From contig JBGSNL010000011.1 in NCBI GenBank assembly GCA_041739675.1, forward strand, positions 1 through 36,687: a stretch of 36,687 nucleotides of DNA, given 5' to 3'. The notes beneath the pieces are model-generated. The model worked only from the letters and a program-made list of their open reading frames with translations, ran no database searches and had not been told where the DNA came from. Below are positions 27,222-36,687 of the stretch, piece by piece. The position numbers were made by a program, and so were the translations under genes. Position 1 is the first letter of the stretch. Each line of letters opens with the position of its first letter. Origin of the DNA: a bacterium. GTDB taxonomy: Bacteria > UBA10199 > 2-02-FULL-44-16 > DYJF01.

Positions 27222-28453
27222 GAAATATCAAAGCGCTTCTGGCCAATAACTATTTTTATATTCGCGGCGGATCGGAGAGATATCTGTTCTGTCTCATGAA
27301 CCTTCTGACGGAAAAGGGGCATGAAGTCGTTCCGTTTTCGACGGCCAATTCCGCCAACCTTTACTCGCCGTATGCCGGATTCTTCGCGGATCCCTTTGAA
27401 CCTGAAAAGATAAAAACGATCTCGATTTCGAAGAAATTGAAAATTGCCGGAAGAATTTTGTATTCCACAGAGGCCAAAAAGAGAATCAAAAGACTCATGG
27501 ATAAAACGGCGCCGGATATCGCCCATTGCCATAATATTTACGGGGCATTGTCGCCTTCGATCCTCGGTGCTTTCAAACAGAAAGGCTTGCCCGTTATTTT
27601 GACGGTTCATGACGTAAAGCTCCTTTGCCCGAATCACAGGATGTTCATAAAACACGCGATCTGCGAGCGATGCAAACCCAACAGATTTTACGAGTGCGCT
27701 ATAAATAAGTGCATAGCGGATTCGTGGGCCGCGTCTTTTCTGGGCGCACTCGAGCAATACCTGCACCGGATATCCGGCATTTATAGAAGGAACATTGATT
27801 TTTTCATAACGCCCAGCGAATTTTTCAGGACGAAATTGATGGAATACGGTTTTCCTCCAGACAGGATCGCAACGATTCCCAATTTTCTGGCTGCAAAAGA
27901 CTATGAGCCGAAATACGAGAGAGGGCGCTATGCGATTTTCTTCGGCCGCCTCGAAGAAACAAAAGGTGCCGATATTTTGATCGATGCGGCAAAACAGTTG
28001 AAAGGGGCGCTCGATTTTATGATTGTCGGAAGCGGCCCGCTTCAAACGGAACTTGAAAAAAAGATCGCCGGCGAAAAAGTATCAAATGTCAGAATGACGG
28101 GACAAAAAAGCGGAAAGGAATTGATCGATTTGATAAGGGATGCGGCGTTCACGGTGGTCCCTTCGCGGTGGTGCGAAAACAATCCCTACGCTATTTTCGA
28201 GTCATATGCCTGCGGAAAGGCGGTCGTGGGTTCGAATACAGGCGGGATTCCCGAGCTGATTGAGGACAATGTGACGGGGCTTCTTTTTCGCCCCGGTGAT
28301 TCCGGCGACTTGGTGGCGAAGATCAAAATGCTTGCGAGTGATCCGGCTCTGGCCGTGGAAATGGGGCGCAGGGCGCGGCAAAAGGTTGTCGATGATTACG
28401 GTCCGGAAAAACATTACGACAGGATAATGGCCGTTTACAGAAGGTTCCTATGA
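27218..28453 (+). CDS. Glycosyltransferase family 4
   Basis: RGGSERY, FGRLEETKG, PSRWCENNPYAIFESYACGK; contains a Cys-rich insert. Confidence 0.9.
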   Translation: MRNIKALLANNYFYIRGGSERYLFCLMNLLTEKGHEVVPFSTANSANLYSPYAGFFADPFEPEKIKTISISKKLKIAGRILYSTEAKKRIKRLMDKTAPDIAHCHNIYGALSPSILGAFKQKGLPVILTVHDVKLLCPNHRMFIKHAICERCKPNRFYECAINKCIADSWAASFLGALEQYLHRISGIYRRNIDFFITPSEFFRTKLMEYGFPPDRIATIPNFLAAKDYEPKYERGRYAIFFGRLEETKGADILIDAAKQLKGALDFMIVGSGPLQTELEKKIAGEKVSNVRMTGQKSGKELIDLIRDAAFTVVPSRWCENNPYAIFESYACGKAVVGSNTGGIPELIEDNVTGLLFRPGDSGDLVAKIKMLASDPALAVEMGRRARQKVVDDYGPEKHYDRIMAVYRRFL

Positions 28454-29541
28454 AAATTGCAATTATCGGTCCGCGGGGAGTCGGTTATCCTGCGGGCATC
28501 GATCATTATGTCACTGAACTTGCCCGGCGTCTTGCGGACAAAGGCCATGAGATAACCGTTTTCTGCCAATCGGGATACGGCAGAAAGAACGAAGATTATC
28601 CGAGCATTCGTCAGGTAATGATCCCGACGATCAAAAACAAGTACTTGGGAACGCCGGTCTATGCCTTTGCGGCCACGATGTATGCTGCCACGCATAAATT
28701 CGACATCATCCATTACCACGGCCTGGGTTCGGCTGTGTATTCTATTATTCCGCGCATCTTGGGAAAAAAGACGGTTGTCACGGTCCACGCGCTCGATTGG
28801 GAGGGCAGGAAGTGGGGATTTTTTTCAAGAAAGACGCTGCAGTTTGCAGCTTGGGCCGCAGCAAAATTTCCGCATCGGACCACGGTGGTTTCCAGGACGG
28901 TTCAGGAATATTTTCAAAAACACTATCGTTGCGATGCGCTCTACGTTCCGAACGGAGCGGAGATGTTGCCAGCCAGGGCGCCGGATCTCATAAAAAAATA
29001 CGGTTTGGGGAAAGAAAACTATATTCTCTTTCTGGGACGATTGGCGCCGGGCAAGGGATGTGAATATTTGATCGATGCGTATAACGGCCTCGGAACGGAT
29101 CTGAGACTTGTGATCGCCGGCGACGCCATCCATGAACATGATTATGTAAGATGGTTGAAGGGTCTGGCGGGCAAAAACGTAATTTTTAGTGGATGGGTGC
29201 AAGGACGGTTGAAAGAGGAGCTTCTTTCAAATGCGTATTTATTCGTTCAACCGTCCGAACTTGAAGGAATGTCCGGAGTTCTCCTTGAAGCGATGGGTTA
29301 CGGCCGATGCGTGATTGCAAGCGACATTGCGCAGAACATTGAGGTCCTGGGGGATGCCGGCCTGTTTTTCAGAAACAAGGACAAGAAGGACTTGAGGCGT
29401 TCGATCGAAGCGGCGATTCCTCAAAAGGAGCTTATAGGGTTGCTGGGCGAAAAAGCCAGGCAACGTGTGCTTGGCAATTTCGAATGGGACAAAATATCCG
29501 ATAAATGGGAAGATCTTTATTTGTACGTCAAGCCGAAATAA
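28450..29541 (+). CDS. Glycosyltransferase family 4
   Basis: MKIAIIGPRG, FLGRLAPGKG, PSELEGMSGVLLEAMGYG, ASDI. Confidence 0.9.
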   Translation: MKIAIIGPRGVGYPAGIDHYVTELARRLADKGHEITVFCQSGYGRKNEDYPSIRQVMIPTIKNKYLGTPVYAFAATMYAATHKFDIIHYHGLGSAVYSIIPRILGKKTVVTVHALDWEGRKWGFFSRKTLQFAAWAAAKFPHRTTVVSRTVQEYFQKHYRCDALYVPNGAEMLPARAPDLIKKYGLGKENYILFLGRLAPGKGCEYLIDAYNGLGTDLRLVIAGDAIHEHDYVRWLKGLAGKNVIFSGWVQGRLKEELLSNAYLFVQPSELEGMSGVLLEAMGYGRCVIASDIAQNIEVLGDAGLFFRNKDKKDLRRSIEAAIPQKELIGLLGEKARQRVLGNFEWDKISDKWEDLYLYVKPK

Positions 29542-30239
29542 ATATTTTTTACAAAAAAGGAAATGCTCTTCAAAAGATTTGAATGCATGCCTTTCTTTTT
29601 GTTGAGCTCGATAAATTCTCCCGGAATCTCCGTAATCACAATCTTTCTTTTCAGAAAAGATGAAATCAGAAAAAAGTTGCAGAATTCGGCTTGCGCCTTG
29701 CCCCTGACTTGGAGCGCTTTTTCGACAGTGGCCCTGTCGAAGAGTAGGTTCCCCGACGTCGGATCCTTAACGGTCTTCCCGTATTTGAACTTCAACAAAC
29801 GCCGGAAGATGAACTTGCCGACCCTTCTGGCGAACCCCATCTTGTAGCCGGTGCCGTTGATAAAGCGGGAAGATATTATCAGGTTTGGTCTCTTTTCTAT
29901 CCACTCGGAAACCATTTTTTCTATGTTTCCCGCGCGGTGCTGCCCGTCTCCGTCATGAAGGACCAGGATGTCATAATCGTTTTTCAACATGTAGGCGTAT
30001 ATTTGAAAAAGGTTTTTGCAATATCCGAGATGTTCCTTGTTCCTGACGATTTCGATCTGAGGATATTTTTCCGCCAGGGCCGCCGTTGCATCCGTTGAAA
30101 AGTCGTCAAAGAGGACAAAATCGATGGTCCAATTTTTCCGGACCTCCTCCGTTTGATTCAGGAGATCTCTTATCGTGTCATCGATGTATTTCTCTTCGTT
30201 TACGGCTGGAATGCCGACCAGAATCTTCAACTTATTCAT
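29517..30239 (-). CDS. Glycosyltransferase family 2 (DPM1/GtrB-like)
   Basis: IPAVNEE, DDFSTDAT, DGDGQH, SRF, DPTSG. Confidence 0.85.
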   Translation of the reverse strand: MNKLKILVGIPAVNEEKYIDDTIRDLLNQTEEVRKNWTIDFVLFDDFSTDATAALAEKYPQIEIVRNKEHLGYCKNLFQIYAYMLKNDYDILVLHDGDGQHRAGNIEKMVSEWIEKRPNLIISSRFINGTGYKMGFARRVGKFIFRRLLKFKYGKTVKDPTSGNLLFDRATVEKALQVRGKAQAEFCNFFLISSFLKRKIVITEIPGEFIELNKKKGMHSNLLKSISFFVKNIYFGLTYK

Positions 30240-30343
30240 ATTGCTTTTCTCTGAAATAATAGTAAATTCCGATAGTTATAAGATACACAAAAGGGGATTT
30301 CTTTACAAGTTTTTATATCCCTTCGCCCGCGCGGACGGCAATT

Positions 30344-31876
30344 ATGTCTTCTCTAATAAAAAATAGATACTGGGTCCTGGCCGCTGTCCTCACGGTGTTC
30401 TACATATTGACCGGGTTTTTCTATTACCAGTACATTGCTACGCACGATTACTGGGCCTACTCCGCGAGCATAAAAGAATTGTCGCGTCACATGGCTTCTC
30501 CGTCCCACCCTTTCATATCAGCTCACGTGCCCTGCTTCTGGTTCTCTCCGTATGTATTTTTACTGGCACTCTTTCAAAAACTCGGCGGCATCGATATATT
30601 TGTCGTCCTCAATTCGGCGGGAATTGCAAACCTTGTGATTTTGATATTGGGCCTTTATTTTTTCATCAAGGAGTATTTCTCTGACGGCAAATTTGCTTTT
30701 CCGGTTTTATTGACGATGCTGTTCTTCTGGGGGCGCGGCTGGACCTGGAGCGGTTTCTTTGACCTGGATATATTGAGGAACACGTTGCCTTATCCGTATG
30801 TGCTTTGTTTCGGGCTTTCTCTTTTTTGTTTTTTTTCCGCAATGAAATATCTAAAAAACGGACGTGCCATCCATTTGGTTTTTATTGTTCTGGCCAGTTG
30901 TTTTATCCTGCTTACCCACATAATTACGAGCTCCTTTTGCTATCTCAGTCTGGCGCTGTTTGCGATCGACCGAAGAGACGCAACGTCTGGCAGGAGGGCC
31001 CTGATATTGGCCACGATACCGGCGTCGCTTCTGCTTGCCGCATTGTGGCCGTATTATCCTTTTTATAAGGCAATATTGTTGTCGGGTTCGCTCAAATCGA
31101 TATTTTCGCCGGATTCCCATGAACAATTGATATCCAGTCTCGGCCCCATACTGGTTGCGATCCCGGTTATCGCTTATTATCTGGTGCGGAAAAAATATCT
31201 TTTCATGATTGCGTGGTTTCTGGTGTGCGCGGCCGTGTATCTCGTCTCTTTTTTGACAAACGATCCCATAACGCAGCGCTATCTATTTTACGCGGCGTTC
31301 CTGATGGCGATATTCATATCGCTTGCGGTCAGGGATTCGTATCGTTGCCTCAATTCGGATAAATCGCTGTTTCCCCGGATCGTCGTCTGCACGTATGTGT
31401 TTCTCCTTATCGCCGGAATCGCATATCAGGGAACCAAGGTTGCGCGCGGCTACAAAGGATATGTGTCCCTTGCGAAGCTTTTGCATAACGATCCCGGCGT
31501 GGCCGACAATATCAACGGTGAGTTTCTGCAAAAATATTCTTTTTTGAAAAATATTGTGAAAGATGGCGACGTTGTAATGAGCGATACTGTCACGTCATGG
31601 ATCACGCCCTCTTTTTCGGGGAAGACGGTTTCGATCTGGCCCCATTACGATCCGTTCGTTACAGACGGCGCGCAAAGATACGCCGAAACGGTAGCGTTTT
31701 TTGAAGAGGGCGCAGGTTCAGTGTCAAGGCGCGTGCTGCTTTATAAGTACGGTGTTTCCTATATCCTGATTGATCATGAGCTCGTCGCCGGGGCCGTGTC
31801 CCGCGCACTCGGTGATCTCGGTCGCGCGGTCTATGAGGACGCCGGTTTCACTTTGATAAAGGTGGGACCAAGATGA
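30344..31876 (+). CDS. Polytopic membrane protein, probable GT-C-fold glycosyltransferase
   Basis: First TM followed by a loop with HDYW, about 11 TM helices, and a soluble C-terminal domain (VVMSD...KYGVSYILID). Confidence 0.55.
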   Translation: MSSLIKNRYWVLAAVLTVFYILTGFFYYQYIATHDYWAYSASIKELSRHMASPSHPFISAHVPCFWFSPYVFLLALFQKLGGIDIFVVLNSAGIANLVILILGLYFFIKEYFSDGKFAFPVLLTMLFFWGRGWTWSGFFDLDILRNTLPYPYVLCFGLSLFCFFSAMKYLKNGRAIHLVFIVLASCFILLTHIITSSFCYLSLALFAIDRRDATSGRRALILATIPASLLLAALWPYYPFYKAILLSGSLKSIFSPDSHEQLISSLGPILVAIPVIAYYLVRKKYLFMIAWFLVCAAVYLVSFLTNDPITQRYLFYAAFLMAIFISLAVRDSYRCLNSDKSLFPRIVVCTYVFLLIAGIAYQGTKVARGYKGYVSLAKLLHNDPGVADNINGEFLQKYSFLKNIVKDGDVVMSDTVTSWITPSFSGKTVSIWPHYDPFVTDGAQRYAETVAFFEEGAGSVSRRVLLYKYGVSYILIDHELVAGAVSRALGDLGRAVYEDAGFTLIKVGPR

Positions 31877-32658
31877 AGCAAGAAAGGCTCACGACAAGGC
31901 AGGACTGGGACGAGTATCTGAACAAGGTCGAATTGCCCGCGGAAATAAAAAAGGAAGGAAAAAATCTTTTCCTCAACGAAATTCTCAACGTATTCGACAG
32001 ATATCTTTCAAGAAATGAAAAGCTCTCGATCCTCGAAATAGGAGGCGCGCCGGGCCAATATCTCGTCTACATGGCGAGAAACTTCGGCTATAAGATACAT
32101 GCTTTGGATTATTCGGCGTACGGATGTGAGAGAACAAAAAAGAATTTTGAGCTTCTGGGCCTCGACGGCGCTGTTTATCAGAGGGATCTATTTTCCGACC
32201 TCTCGGATTTGCCGCGCTTTGACATTGTCTATTCTCTGGGGTTCATGGAACATTTTGAAGACTTGGAAAAAGTCATTGAGAAGCATCTGGAGTTATTGAA
32301 GCCGGGCGGCATTCTCCTGATCGGAACGCCCAATTTTCTGGGTGTAAATCGCATGATGTTTAAAAGACTTGCCCCGGAAATATTGGCCAAACATAATCTC
32401 GCCTCCATGGACGTGAATAACTGGCTGAAGTTCGAGAACAAATTCCGTCTGAGGCCGGTTTTCAAAGGTTACGTGGGCGGATTCGAACCCGGTATTTACT
32501 GGTTTGAGAACAAAACGTTTATAAATAAAGTGATGTATTATTTTATAATGAGGTTTAAATTGGTGATTACCGACGTGTTTAAATTCTTGAGGAAATATAA
32601 TTCCAGATATTGGAGCGGATACGCAATCGGAATTTATGAAAAAGCGGCCGGAGAATGA
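31873..32658 (+). CDS. Class I SAM-dependent methyltransferase
   Basis: ILEIGGAPG, ALDYS, FDIVYSLGFMEHF, LKPGG. Confidence 0.88.
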   Translation: MKQERLTTRQDWDEYLNKVELPAEIKKEGKNLFLNEILNVFDRYLSRNEKLSILEIGGAPGQYLVYMARNFGYKIHALDYSAYGCERTKKNFELLGLDGAVYQRDLFSDLSDLPRFDIVYSLGFMEHFEDLEKVIEKHLELLKPGGILLIGTPNFLGVNRMMFKRLAPEILAKHNLASMDVNNWLKFENKFRLRPVFKGYVGGFEPGIYWFENKTFINKVMYYFIMRFKLVITDVFKFLRKYNSRYWSGYAIGIYEKAAGE

Positions 32659-33730
32659 CAAGAACCCGCGCGTGGCGATGCTCTGGTACGCCGGGTACCA
32701 AAAACAGCCGATGGGCGCGGAGCTGATGGGCGAACATTTGAAGCGCGCTTTCCCGGATGCGCTGATGGTTACGGTTGCCGACGCGCCTCTGGGTTTTTTG
32801 AAAAATCTCAAGTTCAGGTGGTTCAGGCTGGATGATATCCTAAGGGCCGTAGCGGCGGGAAGATATTTTTCAAAAGTTATAAAGAGGGAGAAGATCGACG
32901 TCGCGGTCGTTCAGGGGATGACGGGGCTCTATCTCACTTTTTTCAGACCGAAAATTCCCGTCATTCACGTCCTCAACATGTCGTCATTCGCGCTGCATCG
33001 CTCCGGCGCCGTCCCGGGTTGGAAAAATAATGTGTCCGGATATTTCTGGGCGTTGCTTGAAAAGATGAGCGGCTGGCGAAAAGACAGCCGGGTGACCGTA
33101 GGAGAGGACGTCAGGAAAGCGATGGGCGGCGGTTACGACGTGATACCTCTGGCGGTGGACACGGATATTTTTCGCCCGGGGGAGAAGGTTCAGCAGCGTG
33201 CCGAACTGGGGCTCGACGCGCACAGGATGACCGCCTTATTTGTCGGAAGGTTCGAATATGCGAAGGGCTACGATATAGTTCTTGAAGTCGCTCAAGCATT
33301 TCCGGAAATAACATTTGTGCTCGTATCTCCGAGACCGGCCGAAACTGCCGGCAAAAACATCATAGTGCGTTCCCGTCTCATGCAAGAAGAGATCGCCAAG
33401 TACTATCGCGCGGCCGATTTCCTGCTCTGCCCGTCACGCTTCGAGGCGGGTCTGGGCTACACGATCCTGGAAGCGATGGCGTCGAATTTGCCGCTGGTCG
33501 TCAACGGAAAGATCCTCGGCGGTATGCCCAAGGGCGCAGATATCGGCGTCATTGTGGACGGCGGCGATGCAAGCGCGTACACGAAAGCGATCAGAAAATT
33601 TACGGGCGCGCCGTTCGCCGTCAATTCAAAAGAAACGGTCCGGCAATATTTTTCACTTGAGCAGTTCGAAAGAAGATGGCGTCAGCTGGTTTTGCAGTTG
33701 GCGGGCAAAAAACAGGAAGCGATAAAATGA
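32636..33730 (+). CDS. Glycosyltransferase family 4
   Basis: VDTDIFRP, FVGRFEYAKG, PSRFEAGLGYTILEAMASNLP; the start is uncertain. Confidence 0.88.
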   Translation: MKKRPENDKNPRVAMLWYAGYQKQPMGAELMGEHLKRAFPDALMVTVADAPLGFLKNLKFRWFRLDDILRAVAAGRYFSKVIKREKIDVAVVQGMTGLYLTFFRPKIPVIHVLNMSSFALHRSGAVPGWKNNVSGYFWALLEKMSGWRKDSRVTVGEDVRKAMGGGYDVIPLAVDTDIFRPGEKVQQRAELGLDAHRMTALFVGRFEYAKGYDIVLEVAQAFPEITFVLVSPRPAETAGKNIIVRSRLMQEEIAKYYRAADFLLCPSRFEAGLGYTILEAMASNLPLVVNGKILGGMPKGADIGVIVDGGDASAYTKAIRKFTGAPFAVNSKETVRQYFSLEQFERRWRQLVLQLAGKKQEAIK

Positions 33731-35157
33731 GCGTGATCACACAGTTCATAAGAAATACGGCATATCAATCGTTCAACGATTTTTTCCTGAGGATAATTGC
33801 GGCCGTAACGGGAATCGTAATCATCCGGTTCCTGCCTAAGGATGAATACGGCCTGTTGGCGTTGATCATGGCAATCGTGGGTATGGCTAATTTGCTGTCA
33901 AACCTTGGCTACCCCACAATGATCGTGAAGAGCATATCCCAACATTACGCGGCCGATCAGGCCAAGGCCGCTTCGTACTATCGTTTCACGCTAAAGGTTT
34001 ATGGGGCGATCACGCTGCTTTTTGCAGCATCGCTTTACCTTCTGGCCCCTGTTATCTCTAAGGCATACGGCATTTATTATGCGGCGAATTTTATTAAACT
34101 GTCGGCCGCTCTTTTTCTGCTTTTGTCGATGTTTTCATTTTATAATTGGACGTTCATCGGTTTGAATCAGATAAAAACTTTTTTTCTCAAGGTGTGCATT
34201 CCCAAGGAAGTTCTCACGCTGATCCTCATAGTTGTTTTTCTCTATTTGGGCGTGGGCATCCCCGGTGTGATATTTGCTCAGATATTGGGGGCCGTTGCGG
34301 CCGTGATATTGGCGGTTCTCGTTGTCCGCTCGAGACTCAAGGGGAACGCGGAAATCGACAAAAAATGGATTGTTCACGGCGCGCTTGAGGTGGCGCCCGC
34401 AAATCTTGCATATGCGACCACGGTTTACATGGACATAATAATTATAGGCGCGATTTTGGGGACAAGTCTTTTGGCATCGTACAGGGTTTGCCTTGCGGCG
34501 GTGCAAATAGCGGTGGGACTCTTTCCGATCGGCGCCTTCATCATGCCCACCTTCCACCAAATGGGACGTGACGAGGCAAAGGTTTTGCTGGGCGATATAT
34601 TGAAACTCACTTTCATATTGGCGCTTCCCGCGATGCTGCTTATTGCCGCTTTTTCAAAGGAGATCATAATCGTCCTTTTCGGAAAAAAATACATCGATGC
34701 CTATGTCCTGTTGTCGCTCTTTTCTTTCCTCCTTCTCGGGCAGTTTGTGGAGAGCATCGTACTTAATACGATGACCTATCTGGAAAGATTCAAGTCGCTG
34801 TCGAAAATATGGGCGCTGATGGCCCTATTTAATGCCGCCCTGTTGATAGTGTTCACAAAGTTCGTTGGTTTGACAGGCGCGGTCATAGCAACGATTATTT
34901 TGCATTATACGCTTGCCGTGTTGATGTGCCGCGATGTGAGCCGCAACGGAATGGATATCAAGTTCAAACCGCTGCTCGAGATATTGATCCTCGGAAGTCC
35001 GCTCCTGATAAATATCATCGGCATCGGCCGCCTCGATTTGGGATACAGGACGATTTTATTTGTGTCCACCTGTGCGGTTTATGTTCTGCTTCTCAGGGTC
35101 AGGGGTGTTTTCCGGGATCTTGAGCTGCTCAAAGAAGTGCGGAGTAAATTGCGCTAA
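33727..35157 (+). CDS. Polysaccharide flippase (Wzx, MOP superfamily)
   Basis: About 14 TM segments; RFL..EYG, DIIIIGAILG, LFGKKY motifs; ATG at 33727 overlaps the upstream stop. Confidence 0.85.
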   Translation: MSVITQFIRNTAYQSFNDFFLRIIAAVTGIVIIRFLPKDEYGLLALIMAIVGMANLLSNLGYPTMIVKSISQHYAADQAKAASYYRFTLKVYGAITLLFAASLYLLAPVISKAYGIYYAANFIKLSAALFLLLSMFSFYNWTFIGLNQIKTFFLKVCIPKEVLTLILIVVFLYLGVGIPGVIFAQILGAVAAVILAVLVVRSRLKGNAEIDKKWIVHGALEVAPANLAYATTVYMDIIIIGAILGTSLLASYRVCLAAVQIAVGLFPIGAFIMPTFHQMGRDEAKVLLGDILKLTFILALPAMLLIAAFSKEIIIVLFGKKYIDAYVLLSLFSFLLLGQFVESIVLNTMTYLERFKSLSKIWALMALFNAALLIVFTKFVGLTGAVIATIILHYTLAVLMCRDVSRNGMDIKFKPLLEILILGSPLLINIIGIGRLDLGYRTILFVSTCAVYVLLLRVRGVFRDLELLKEVRSKLR

Positions 35158-36229
35158 GCCTGTCGCAGTAGATTCTATAATCGTATTTTTGCTCGATCAG
35201 TGCGCGTGCCTCCAATCCCATTTTGCGCCGAAGGGAAATATTTTCGAGCAGGCCGTTGATCAAATCCGCAAATTTTTCAATCTCGTCTTCCAGTAAAATG
35301 TTTTTACCGTTTTCCACATCCAATCCCTCCGCGCCTTTTGTCGTCGACACGACGGGCTTTCCTGTTGCCATGTATTCGAGGATCTTCAAACGGCTGCCGG
35401 AGCCGTAGCGCAGGGGTGCAATGCAGACCTTTGCAGAACCTACGTGCGGCCTCACATCATCAACCCTCCCCAGAAACTTCACGTTAGGCGGAACCCCTAT
35501 ATTTGTCAGACCTTCGCCGAGAATATGAAATTCCGCTTTCACCCTAGGAGCGATTTTTTCGCAGATCAATTTGACCGCATCTATATTTGGAAAATAGACC
35601 AGCGAACCCATGAAAAGGACAATATCATTTGCGCTTTCCCGCACCTCGTATCTTTGGGTGTCGAGACAGTTGGGTATGTAGCTCATCCTCTTTTTGAGAT
35701 CGGGAAGCTCCTTCAGAATTTCCTCGCCGTCGTTTTCCGAGCAGACAATAACGTGAGACGATTTTCTCAGGGCTTCGAGCTCATATTTTTTGGCGCGGGA
35801 GACGAGCCATTTTATGAGCGGCTTCTTGACAGGAAGGCGCGAAATTGTCGGCCCCTGCTGCATATTGTATTCTTCAAGCTTCCACCACACATTGTGCTCG
35901 TCCAGAATGATCGGCGTGTCAGAAAATTGCCGTGCAAGACCGTAAAGCGCCGGGGATTCGATCTGAACGATGTCGGGTTTTTCTTCGATTACAATTTTTT
36001 CGAAATCGGTGCGATAATAACTCAGAAGGCGCGAAAGTTTCGAGCCTACTCCTTCGGGAAACGGCTGATGATAAAATCTCACATCGGGGATGTTCGGGCC
36101 ATGGGCGTCATATGTCGAAAGGACGGACACTGCGGCAATTTTTGACGCCATCTGCGCAAGACTGTGCACCCGGAGCGAAAAACCGCCGCCTGAAGGATTG
36201 CACCCGCTTGTGACTATGAGCACTTTCAT
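35129..36229 (-). CDS. Glycosyltransferase family 4
   Basis: DEHNV, FMGSLVYFPN, PLRYGSGSRLKILEYMATGKPVVST..GAEGL. Confidence 0.9.
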   Translation of the reverse strand: MKVLIVTSGCNPSGGGFSLRVHSLAQMASKIAAVSVLSTYDAHGPNIPDVRFYHQPFPEGVGSKLSRLLSYYRTDFEKIVIEEKPDIVQIESPALYGLARQFSDTPIILDEHNVWWKLEEYNMQQGPTISRLPVKKPLIKWLVSRAKKYELEALRKSSHVIVCSENDGEEILKELPDLKKRMSYIPNCLDTQRYEVRESANDIVLFMGSLVYFPNIDAVKLICEKIAPRVKAEFHILGEGLTNIGVPPNVKFLGRVDDVRPHVGSAKVCIAPLRYGSGSRLKILEYMATGKPVVSTTKGAEGLDVENGKNILLEDEIEKFADLINGLLENISLRRKMGLEARALIEQKYDYRIYCDRLSAIYSALL

Positions 36230-36687
36230 GGCCCTTTTTTCCTCAGGGTGAAGATCAAAAACGTGTACTCCAAATCAAATTCCTTCCATCTGACGACTCT
36301 GTCCTGGCATTCAAGATCGATTGCGCCGGTCGGCTCCAGGCCAAATTCTTTCGCAATGTTCAACATCTCTTCCACTTCGCTCTTGGAGAATATGTGAACG
36401 GGGACTCCATATGCCATGCGGCCCTTCGAATCAATCGGATAAGTATAGTAATCGACCGACGTTATGAGTATTGCCCCCGTTTTCAAGATGCGAGCCATCT
36501 CCTTGAAGTATGCGCGCGCATTCACTCCGTGCTCGATGACGCTAAGACATGTGATTGCATCGAAGCTGTCGCTGCCGAACAGCGTTCCGGTGATGTCACG
36601 CCGTTCGTAAGATATGGGGCCGCGCTTCAAGGGTTTATTGAAAATCAGATTGATGCCCGTCAGGTTCTTGTAGCCGTAAAGAAAGAG
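36226..36687 (-). CDS. Class I SAM-dependent methyltransferase (5'-truncated by the window edge)
   Basis: The frame stays open to position 36687; SFDAITCLSVIEH...EMARILKTG. Confidence 0.8.
   Translation of the reverse strand, partial: LFLYGYKNLTGINLIFNKPLKRGPISYERRDITGTLFGSDSFDAITCLSVIEHGVNARAYFKEMARILKTGAILITSVDYYTYPIDSKGRMAYGVPVHIFSKSEVEEMLNIAKEFGLEPTGAIDLECQDRVVRWKEFDLEYTFLIFTLRKKGP

Noticed and set aside
26984..28045. Long antisense ORFs (e.g. 26984-28045, 7662-8513, 18591-19397, 2166-2930)
   Set aside because: They shadow well-supported genes on the opposite strand and have no motifs of their own.

Overview
A 36.7-kb bacterial chromosomal window of roughly 50% GC. The gene content suggests an uncultured deltaproteobacterium-like Gram-negative organism (inference). 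Left to right it contains: a ~260-nt rod-like palindromic non-coding element; an outer-membrane beta-barrel gene and hpt; two tandem paralogous Cys-rich Ig-like lipoproteins, each behind its own sigma-54 promoter with an IHF-like site; a beta-propeller/tadA/NDP-forming acyl-CoA ligase operon; two paralogous orphan proteins; a tRNA-linked repeat and two divergent tRNA-Ser genes; and dnaX-recR-nitroreductase-B12 radical SAM. Next comes a minus-strand five-gene operon with a sigma-54 promoter and tandem enhancer-like sites. It encodes three small secreted Asn/Ser/Asp/Gly-rich proteins sharing a C-terminal module, a CsgG/HfaB-family protein and a TPR lipoprotein. The window ends with glmS and a large Wzx/Wzy-type surface-polysaccharide cluster that runs off the right edge. 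The best candidate for an undescribed system is the five-gene operon, which looks like a non-canonical curli-like or holdfast-anchor-like fibre system next to a polysaccharide locus. Other notable signals are the rod-like hairpin, a tRNA 3'-end copy split in its T-loop, a tRNA ending 3 nt before the dnaX start codon, and a heptamer repeat in the dnaX linker. All family assignments come from reading motifs by eye; no database searches were run.
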